From Polyangiaceae bacterium (GTDB taxonomy: Bacteria; Myxococcota_A; Polyangia; Polyangiales; Polyangiaceae), in the NCBI GenBank assembly GCA_033763455.1, contig JANRKO010000006.1, positions 224,001 to 288,000 of the forward strand: a stretch of DNA of 64,000 bases, written 5' to 3'. The position numbers were made by a program, and so were the translations under genes. Position 1 is the first letter of the stretch. Each line of letters opens with the position of its first letter. The notes under the pieces are model-generated. The model ran no database searches, had not been told where the DNA came from, and worked only from the letters and a program-made list of their open reading frames with translations. Positions 11,077 through 18,534 of this stretch are shown piece by piece.

Positions 11077-12977
11077 GAAATTGGGCGCGTTGGCAGAGGG
11101 TACTTGCCGTGGCGGTGGCTTTCGCCATTAGCTTTGCCGCGTCGGCGGTGCAGGCCGCGGAGGTTGCTCCCCCCGAGTACACAGACCTTGAGAAGCGCAC
11201 GCTTGCGAATGTGCTTCACACGCTCAAGAGGAAAGTAGAGCCTGCTCCCGAAGGCAAACGCGTCCGAAAGATCCACGTCGTTGTTCAAGAAGTCTTCGAC
11301 GAATCGGATCCGATTCCAGATTTCGTTAACGTATTTCACGCCACCTCTCGCCCCTACGTGATCGCGCGTGAACTGCTTTTTCAGGAGGGGGACCCATTCG
11401 CTCGGGACAAAGTCGAAGAGTCTGCGCGAAACCTGAGAGCGGTTCGGCAGCTATCCCTAGTGTTGGTGGTGCCGCTTGAGGCACCGGCCGGCACGGTAGA
11501 TGTCTTAGTGATCGTGCGTGACGTCTGGAGCCTGCGAATGAACTCGGATTTTCAACTTGAGGGAACGCGCCTCAGGGATGCCCGGGGCACCGAAGGCGGT
11601 TTGGGCGGTTTGGCTCGGGACACCATCGAGGCGCTTACGCCCCTTCCTTTTTGGGGGTTTCGGCTCGAGGGTACACGCGTTAACTATCTGTTTTTAAACC
11701 CGAGTGAAGAGAACCTGTTTGGAACCCATACGAACGTGGGTGGGCTTTTCGTCCTAACCCCCACCAGTTATTCGACGGGTGCACTTGTCGGAAATCCTCG
11801 GCTACTCGGCACACGCGTCTTGGGTTCCCTGAACGCCAACCTTATTTTCAACCGCCAGACGGGCCAGAGAGAGGGCTCTTTTGGCGGCATCTTCGCTGGC
11901 CAACCTCTCTACTCAACCGAAACACGTTGGGCTTGGGCTGCGGGGCTGCAGTGGCGAAAGGACGTGTTTCGAGGTGTCGAGGGCGGAAAGCTTGCGTTGG
12001 TGGATTTCCCGGACACGGAAGCGGTGGAGCAGGTCCCCTGGCAATACCGTACGTTCTCGTTAGCGAGCGGCTCCGAAGTGGTGCGCTCTTACGGGAGGGC
12101 AGTAAAGCTAGACGTGTCATTTGGCGCTGAAGCAAACTCCACGCGCTATCAGCCCTTCGGGCTCGGAGCCGTTGAGCCTGAGCCTGCCGCCAAGTTTGTA
12201 GAGCGAGTGATCCCGGTGGGGACGTCGCGAGTCAGTCCTATTTTTCAACTGCGCAGCTACCTCTCGGAGTTTACCCCCAGGATTGAAATCAACTCGCTTG
12301 GGCTACAGGAAGATTACCGGTTGGGGCCCGAAGCTCTAGTGCGTGTTTTTCCGGCGACCGAAGCACTCGGTTCGAGTAGGGATTTGTTGGGGGTTTTCGG
12401 TGGGGTTGCCTACACGGCTCCGCTTGGTGATGGCCTGGCGCGTGCTGTTGCCACCACTCGACTAGAACTGGCTACACGTGCGCGCAACGACGTAGCTTAT
12501 GAACTTGCGACGTACGCGGCGAGCCCGCATGTACCGTTCGGTCGACTCCATCATTCCGGCTTTCTCTTGGTGCGACCCCAAAATTACTCCAATCGTGGCG
12601 TCGTACTCGGTGGCGACAATAGGCTTAGGGGCTTCCCGTCGGGTGCGTTTGTCGGCTCAGGCGCCGCTGTCAGTAACCTAGAGTTTCGAACACGCTCTGT
12701 GGACGTCCTCTCGGCCCAAGTGGGGGCAGCAACCTATTACGACGTGGGGGCGGTATTCGGTGGGGTCCAAGCCATTCGGCACGGCTCAAGCCTGGGCGTG
12801 GGCGCTCGGGTGCTATTTCCTCAGGTTGATCGCTTGGTCCTGCGCTTCGACTGGGCCATCCCCCTCGGTGACCCTCGGTATCCGCCGACGTTACCAGGAG
12901 CGCTGTTTATTTCTTTTGGCCAAGCTTTTGCTGTCCCAGGGTTGTCTTCGCCGAGCCTCGTGGGCGGCTTTTTTTGA
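11073..12977 (+). CDS. Omp85 (BamA/TamA-like) outer membrane protein with POTRA-like domain
   Basis: Signal peptide; VIARELLFQEGD...EESARNLR POTRA pattern; LGGDNRLRGF, NLEFR, GVGAR and FISFGQAF barrel motifs. Confidence 0.8.
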   Translation: MRNWARWQRVLAVAVAFAISFAASAVQAAEVAPPEYTDLEKRTLANVLHTLKRKVEPAPEGKRVRKIHVVVQEVFDESDPIPDFVNVFHATSRPYVIARELLFQEGDPFARDKVEESARNLRAVRQLSLVLVVPLEAPAGTVDVLVIVRDVWSLRMNSDFQLEGTRLRDARGTEGGLGGLARDTIEALTPLPFWGFRLEGTRVNYLFLNPSEENLFGTHTNVGGLFVLTPTSYSTGALVGNPRLLGTRVLGSLNANLIFNRQTGQREGSFGGIFAGQPLYSTETRWAWAAGLQWRKDVFRGVEGGKLALVDFPDTEAVEQVPWQYRTFSLASGSEVVRSYGRAVKLDVSFGAEANSTRYQPFGLGAVEPEPAAKFVERVIPVGTSRVSPIFQLRSYLSEFTPRIEINSLGLQEDYRLGPEALVRVFPATEALGSSRDLLGVFGGVAYTAPLGDGLARAVATTRLELATRARNDVAYELATYAASPHVPFGRLHHSGFLLVRPQNYSNRGVVLGGDNRLRGFPSGAFVGSGAAVSNLEFRTRSVDVLSAQVGAATYYDVGAVFGGVQAIRHGSSLGVGARVLFPQVDRLVLRFDWAIPLGDPRYPPTLPGALFISFGQAFAVPGLSSPSLVGGFF

Positions 12978-13116
12978 GGGTTCAAACCCCCATATTGGCG
13001 CCTCCGAGACCAATCGGCTGGAGTTTGTCTGGTTTTTCTGGATGATCAGTACAGTTTTCGGCTAGTTTGCCGCTCAATCGTACGGAGAGGTACTGCTTCG
13101 GAAAGGGCTCTCGAAC

Positions 13117-14067
13117 ATGGCTGATGTACTCACAGATGTGCTTGAAACGGTGCGTGTGCGGGCGGCATGTCATGGCCGCTTTGAGCTCTCGGCACCTTGG
13201 GGTGTGGAGCTCGGCGAGGCAGAAGGGGCGCAGTTCCACGTCGTCTTGGATGGTAGCTGTCATTTGACGGTGACTTCTACCGGCGAAGAGCTAACGCTTT
13301 CCCCGGGGGACCTAGTTACATTGCCGCACGGGCACGCGCACATCCTGCGGGATGATGTGAACACGGAGGCTCGCCCGTTCAGAGCCATAAAAGAAGATTG
13401 CCGCGGCTCCGGTCAGACGTACAGGGCGGCGGGTGAGGGCGCACGCACGACGCTGCTCTCTGGCTACATTCAGTTCGAAGAACGTCGACACAACCCACTC
13501 TTGCTCGCCTTGCCGCCTGTCGTGACGCTGCGTGGTGGAAGCAACCGCACGGTAGCTTGGCTTGAGACAACCTTGCAGTTTATGGGGTGCGAAGCGGCTT
13601 CTGGGCGGCCGGGCTCAGCTACAGTAATCAGCAGGCTTGCCGATGTTTTGTTCATCCAGATCGTACGCGGCTACTTGGCAGACCTTTCGCCCAGCCAAAC
13701 GGGTTGGTTGGCTGCTTTGAACGACGCGCAGATTGGAGCCGCGTTGCAGCTGGTGCACGCGGAGCCCCAAGAAGCTTGGACGGTAGCCAGCCTCGCAGCG
13801 AAGGTGGCCATGTCGCGCTCGGCGTTCGCTGCCAGGTTTGTACAACTGGTAGGCGAGCCCCCGCTTCAGTACGTTACGCGTTGGCGCATGCAGAAAGCCA
13901 CCGGTTTTTTGCGCGCGGGCCAAGCCACCTTGGCTGAGGTAGCTGAAAAGGTCGGCTACGACAGCGAAGCGGCCTTCAGCAAGGCTTTCAAACGTGCGGT
14001 GGGTAGCACTCCGGGCGCCTATCGGCGGAGTTTTCGTGAACCAATTGAGACGATCCGCGCGGCTTAG
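13117..14067 (+). CDS. AraC-family transcriptional regulator with Cupin_6-type N-terminal domain
   Basis: DVLTDVL..VR, FHVVLDG, MSRSAFAARF..LVGEPP.QY...WRM, VGYDSEAAFSKAFKR; GGAGAGG upstream. Confidence 0.93.
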   Translation: MADVLTDVLETVRVRAACHGRFELSAPWGVELGEAEGAQFHVVLDGSCHLTVTSTGEELTLSPGDLVTLPHGHAHILRDDVNTEARPFRAIKEDCRGSGQTYRAAGEGARTTLLSGYIQFEERRHNPLLLALPPVVTLRGGSNRTVAWLETTLQFMGCEAASGRPGSATVISRLADVLFIQIVRGYLADLSPSQTGWLAALNDAQIGAALQLVHAEPQEAWTVASLAAKVAMSRSAFAARFVQLVGEPPLQYVTRWRMQKATGFLRAGQATLAEVAEKVGYDSEAAFSKAFKRAVGSTPGAYRRSFREPIETIRAA

Positions 14068-14076
14068 CCGCTTACA

Positions 14077-15048
14077 TCATAGGGGCCGGACATTGCGTCG
14101 ATAGCTGACTTTCGACAGTGCTTCTTCAATGATTGCGGTGCGCGCTCGAACATCGCCCTCCAGCTCCGGCACAAGGATGAGACGATGCGCGAGGGCGGCC
14201 GAAGCGACGTCCTGAACGTCGTCGGGCGTCAGGAACGGGCGCCCCTTGAGGATGGCAATCGCCTTGGCGGCGCGCAGCAAGCTGAGGGAGGCACGGGGTG
14301 AGGCCCCGAGTACCACCTTGGGGTGGCTGCGGGTAAAGCCGGCCAGAAGTACTACGTATTCGTAGAGATCTTCCTCGACGTGCACTCGCGAAGCGATAGC
14401 TTGTAGGCGCAACGCGTCGGCGGCGGTTAGAATAGGCTCGGCCTCTGGGGCTGCCACTCCGTGTGACCTCAACATCGCGACTTCTTCGCGGACCGACGGA
14501 TAACCCATGCGAATGCGCAGAAGGAAGCGGTCGATCTGGGCCTCTGGAAGCGCGTAGGTCCCTTCTAGGTCGATGGGGTTCTGGGTGGCCAATACGAAAA
14601 AAGGGTCGGGCAGAACAAAGCGGTCACCTTCGATGGTAACCTGATGTTCTTGCATCGCCTCCAAAAGCGCGGATTGAGTCTTCGCGGGGGCGCGATTGAT
14701 TTCATCCGCCAGAAGAATATTCGTAAAGATGGGTCCGCCGCGCAGCGCGAACGTCCCGTCGCGCGGATTGAGCACGTAGGTTCCAGTGATGTCGGCCGGC
14801 AAGAGATCGGGTGTGAACTGCACCCGCCGGACGGTCATGCCCAAGGCGGCGGCGAACGTCTTTACGAGGGTCGTCTTCGCGACGCCGGGCACGCCCTCGA
14901 GGAGCACGTGTCCTCGCGCGAGGAGCCCCACCAGTAGCATATCCACCGCGCTCGGATTGCCCACGTAAACGCGGGTTACCTGAGCTCGCACGTGATCTAG
15001 GCGTTCGCGCGCCGCTTCGATTTCATTTACTTGTAGCGCTTGACTCAA
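14077..15048 (-). CDS. moxR: MoxR-family AAA+ ATPase
   Basis: HVLLEGVPGVAKT, RVQFTPDLLPADITG, LADEINRAPAKTQSALLEAMQE, ATQNP, GASPR; TTG at 15048 has AGGGAG RBS. Confidence 0.95.
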   Translation of the reverse strand: MSQALQVNEIEAARERLDHVRAQVTRVYVGNPSAVDMLLVGLLARGHVLLEGVPGVAKTTLVKTFAAALGMTVRRVQFTPDLLPADITGTYVLNPRDGTFALRGGPIFTNILLADEINRAPAKTQSALLEAMQEHQVTIEGDRFVLPDPFFVLATQNPIDLEGTYALPEAQIDRFLLRIRMGYPSVREEVAMLRSHGVAAPEAEPILTAADALRLQAIASRVHVEEDLYEYVVLLAGFTRSHPKVVLGASPRASLSLLRAAKAIAILKGRPFLTPDDVQDVASAALAHRLILVPELEGDVRARTAIIEEALSKVSYRRNVRPL

Positions 15049-15070
15049 CGTACGCTCCCTTATTTCCACC

Positions 15071-16447
15071 TTACAACGCTTTGAGCAGCTTGAGGGCACG
15101 CTTGCGAAGCTGGTCCACCTGCCGATCCCGAACTTGGTGCGGCTTCTTGCTCGCGAGGCCATTTTCGGCCGCTTCTAGCTCCCCAATCAGGTCCTTGAGC
15201 TCGGCTAACGCAGCTCGGTCGAGCACCCCTTGTTTTTCTGCTTCATGAAGTATTTGGTTAGGGGCGGCGTGGTGATCTAGGTGGAGCCTTTCTACAAAGC
15301 CCTCGGTGACGGCGCCCTTTAACTCCACGAGCGTAAGGGCTCTGTGTGTTGAGCGAGCACCCAACACTGCCGCGCGTCCCGCGGCTCCCCCCTGACCAAC
15401 CAGCGGAGCCGGTAAGGCATAGCGCGGGGTCAATCTTCGGTAGGGTTTGGTGGCGCGTAAGAGGGCCCACGCAAGTGCCCCGAGAGCGCAGGCTGCGGAG
15501 AGGATGTACGCAACCACGTCGGGCAAACCTTGCTCTCGCGTTCTCGTGAGCTCCCCCAGGAGGCTGCTCATACTTTCGCGCACTCGTTCCAAGAGCGTCG
15601 GTGATTGTCCAAAGCTCCCCGTTTGCTCAAACTTATTGGCCAGCAGGTAAAGATTCCCACCGCGTTCGCCCCAGCTATCGGGCCCCACGAGGTACTGCAC
15701 CAGGCCTTTGGCGAATTGTCGATTCCCGGGGTATCGCAACATGAGATTGATGAAAGCTGATGGATCGCCCATCGCGAGGAGGCGGCCTTGGTCTCCGATC
15801 ACTCCCGTTACAGCAAGGGCGGCCTCCTCGCCTGCTTTGGTGCGAATGGAGAGGATTGGGGTGAGGTGCTCGTGCAGAAAAACGCTAGGATGATTGGTAA
15901 CCAGGCGGTCCACGTTGTTGGCCGTCGGATGTCGTCCCACGTGGTTCTTGCTGCTCTGAAATGCCGGCACAGCGATGGCTAGCTCGGGATTATTTCGGAG
16001 CATTTCCACTGGATCCGAGGGGGCGTTGATGCGGGTGATCTGAAAACGCTTGAGGAGGCGGGCCCCGCTGCCGAAATCGTCCAGGATGGCTACACGGCCC
16101 CCGGCGCTCATGAATCGACTGAGTTGCTCGTAGCTGAGATCGGTGTTCGGGTGCAGTAGAAGGAGCCCGTCGGCCGGCTGCAGAGCACCGAAGTCGAGGG
16201 TGGCGAGGATCCGAACCCTTTTCGTTCCGAGCGCCTTGCGCGCCTCGGCGAGAAACTCGCTTGTTCCTTGCCAACCGGCCTCATTGAAGTCGAAGTCAGC
16301 ATGGGCCACCGATGAGAAACCGAGGCCTAGGGCCACCACGACCCAAGACGTCCAGAACTTTCGGGCGCCCTTCACGAACCCCAACTTACCACCAAAGCGT
16401 CCGAGACCGAATGCGCGCTGTGGTCTATCGGGACCCATATGAGCCAA
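15071..16447 (-). CDS. DUF4350-like membrane-anchored protein
   Basis: Signal/TM, WQGTSEF, GDPSAFINLMLRYPGNRQFA, C-terminal TM; immediately upstream of MoxR; start uncertain. Confidence 0.7.
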   Translation of the reverse strand: MAHMGPDRPQRAFGLGRFGGKLGFVKGARKFWTSWVVVALGLGFSSVAHADFDFNEAGWQGTSEFLAEARKALGTKRVRILATLDFGALQPADGLLLLHPNTDLSYEQLSRFMSAGGRVAILDDFGSGARLLKRFQITRINAPSDPVEMLRNNPELAIAVPAFQSSKNHVGRHPTANNVDRLVTNHPSVFLHEHLTPILSIRTKAGEEAALAVTGVIGDQGRLLAMGDPSAFINLMLRYPGNRQFAKGLVQYLVGPDSWGERGGNLYLLANKFEQTGSFGQSPTLLERVRESMSSLLGELTRTREQGLPDVVAYILSAACALGALAWALLRATKPYRRLTPRYALPAPLVGQGGAAGRAAVLGARSTHRALTLVELKGAVTEGFVERLHLDHHAAPNQILHEAEKQGVLDRAALAELKDLIGELEAAENGLASKKPHQVRDRQVDQLRKRALKLLKAL

Positions 16448-16575
16448 TGGGGCTCAATCTGGCATCGAATTCCCCTGGGCCACAACGCTCAAACGGGGGT
16501 GCCGAGCGCACAGTACCCTACGCTATCGGCCTCCAATGGCTGATTAGGCTAAAGGAACGGCGCAAGTGACCGAAC

Positions 16576-16603
16576 TTGACCAATAGGAACGCGCGACTAG
16601 ATT
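16576..16603 (+). promoter_or_regulatory. Putative sigma70 promoter for the small ORF
   Basis: TTGACC-16 nt-TAGATT, 43 nt upstream of ATG 16647. Confidence 0.5.
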
Positions 16604-16646
16604 AAAGAAATAGGTCGGCACAGTTGCCCAGATTGAGAGGCCACGA

Positions 16647-16826
16647 ATGCTACCCCCGTTCATCATCGAGCAGATCCGTCGCAGAGAAGAAGAAGATCGC
16701 CGCAGCCGTCGGGCGGAGCAGCCCCGTTTGGAGTTGCCCATCGATAGTTTTCCTCAGCGCCCCGAAGCAGAACCCAAGCCTGCCAAGGACGACGTGGAGC
16801 GCGGCGTAGTGATTTTCGAAATCTAA
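16647..16826 (+). CDS. Small (59 aa) charged hypothetical protein, below the ORF-track cut-off
   Basis: MLPPFIIEQIRRREEEDRRSRRAEQPRLELPIDSFPQRPEAEPKPAKDDVERGVVIFEI*; GAGAGG RBS, upstream promoter, downstream hairpin. Confidence 0.75.
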   Translation: MLPPFIIEQIRRREEEDRRSRRAEQPRLELPIDSFPQRPEAEPKPAKDDVERGVVIFEI

Positions 16827-16834
16827 GAAAGCCA

Positions 16835-16882
16835 GAAGGCGCGCTGCCCGAACCCAGTGGGAATTCGGTGAGCGCCCTTTTC
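16835..16882 (+). terminator. Putative intrinsic terminator/attenuator hairpin
   Basis: Nested arms GAAGG/CCTTT, GCGCT/AGCGC and CCGAA/TTCGG, ending in TTTT, 8 nt after the small-ORF stop. Confidence 0.45.
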
Positions 16883-16938
16883 GCTTCCGTCGACTATCGC
16901 GACGAGCAAATGGCAGCACACGTTGCAGCGCGTGGCTT

Positions 16939-18534
16939 GTGCAACTAGGCTCCGCCCCGCTGATGCACGTGCTCAAAAAAGTGATTTTTGCGGCCAGTTG
17001 CGTCGCTCTCAGTAGCTGCTCCGGAACTGGCGATGGTGTCGAACCGCCGCTCGAAGCGATCTACTTCCCAGTAGGTCTTTCGCTCGATCGAACGGGACAG
17101 CACCTCTTCGTTGCCAACAGTGACTTTGACCTCCAGTTCAACGGAGGGTCTCTGCAGTCGCTGGATACAAACCGCATCTTGGAATTTCTCCCAAAGTCAT
17201 GCCCGCTCGGGCAGTCCTGCGCCGATCGCTGTGGGGAGCTTGGTCAGGCCACTGCGGCCGATCAAATTTTGGTTCCAGGCCCATGTTCACCTGTGGATCT
17301 AGCCTCACCTCAAGACGGTGGTCGGCCCATTTTGACCGATGCGGTTAAGATCGGGGCCTTTGCGACAGATCTTGTTTCCCTAACGCGACCCGTAGCCGAG
17401 CCCGCGGGGCATCCGGGTCGCTTGTTCCTGCCGTTACGCGGAAGCGCCTCTATGATGTTCGTGGACACCGCCTCGGATGGCTCCCTCGAGTGTGGCGCGG
17501 ATGGTCGACGTCAGTGTGCCCCGAGGTACGTCGTGGACGCCGGTGTGGACGAGCTTGGCGCCGCCATTGAGCTTCCGCGAGAACCCGCTGGGCTTGCAGC
17601 CACTGAAGATGGAAAGGCCCTTTTGGGCATTCACCAGCTGAGCGATGGTCCACAGGTTTCGGTCTTTGAGCACGATTGGTCGGCAGGCTTGAGTTTGCGC
17701 TCGGTGCAGACTCTGGCGCCAACCATATTTGGTAGCGCGTTTCGTCCGGGAGCGATTGCTTCGGTACCGATCCCAAAGGCCTTTCAGTCCTCCGCTTCGC
17801 CAGCGTTTTTATTGACGGGTCGTACATCGCCCGAAGTGCGGCTGGTGAAGTTTCTGAATGCAGAAGCGGCGGCGCCGGAGGCCGCGCAGGCACGAGAGGT
17901 AGGCAGGGCGCCGGTCGACGCGAACTCCATTGGTAGCGATTCGCGAGGGATTGCGGTGGACGCGTCTGCGCGCCAAGCCGCGGAGGCAAGTTGTGCTGTT
18001 GCGGCGGGTGTCCCTCCTGAATGTCTCGCGAGCGGCGGGTGTGCGGAAGCGCAAACGCCAGCGTATTTTGCCTGCCTGAGTCAGGCGGCCTTGCTGCCAA
18101 CGGCCGTGTTCGTGGCCAATCGCACACCGGCAAGTTTACTGCTGGGGGAAGTCGCCCCGCCGGCAAACGGTTCACCGGGTTTGGAATTGCCCACCTTCAA
18201 GCAGACTATTCCTCTCACGTTTGGTCCTTCGCGCGTGGTGCTTGGAAAGATCTTGAACGAAGCAGGCGAACTTGAGTCGCGCGTGTTCGTGTTGTGTTTC
18301 GATTCGCGTTTGATATTCGTTTACGATCCGGTGCGGGGGCGCATCGAAACTGAGATTCGCACAGGGCGGGGCCCGCATTCGTTGGTCGTCGACGAGGAGC
18401 GAAACGTTGCGTACGTCGCTCATTTTACCGACTCGTACCTCGGCGTGATTGACCTCAACCGCGCCCACACCGGGGATTACGCCAAGATTGTTCTTTCCGT
18501 AGGTCGGCCCAGCGCACCTCGAGCCTCGAAATGA
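16939..18534 (+). CDS. Hypothetical Cys-rich lipoprotein, probable YncE/YVTN-like beta-propeller
   Basis: Lipobox ALSSC (alternative ATG 16963); propeller-blade-like motifs YFPVGLSL..LFVANSD, VFVANR, GRGPHSLVVD..AYVAHFTDSYLGVIDL. Confidence 0.8.
   Translation: MQLGSAPLMHVLKKVIFAASCVALSSCSGTGDGVEPPLEAIYFPVGLSLDRTGQHLFVANSDFDLQFNGGSLQSLDTNRILEFLPKSCPLGQSCADRCGELGQATAADQILVPGPCSPVDLASPQDGGRPILTDAVKIGAFATDLVSLTRPVAEPAGHPGRLFLPLRGSASMMFVDTASDGSLECGADGRRQCAPRYVVDAGVDELGAAIELPREPAGLAATEDGKALLGIHQLSDGPQVSVFEHDWSAGLSLRSVQTLAPTIFGSAFRPGAIASVPIPKAFQSSASPAFLLTGRTSPEVRLVKFLNAEAAAPEAAQAREVGRAPVDANSIGSDSRGIAVDASARQAAEASCAVAAGVPPECLASGGCAEAQTPAYFACLSQAALLPTAVFVANRTPASLLLGEVAPPANGSPGLELPTFKQTIPLTFGPSRVVLGKILNEAGELESRVFVLCFDSRLIFVYDPVRGRIETEIRTGRGPHSLVVDEERNVAYVAHFTDSYLGVIDLNRAHTGDYAKIVLSVGRPSAPRASK

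Noticed and set aside
16911..16927. Sigma54 promoter TGGCAGCACACGTTGCA upstream of the lipoprotein operon
   Set aside because: GG-to-GC spacing is 11 nt rather than the required 10
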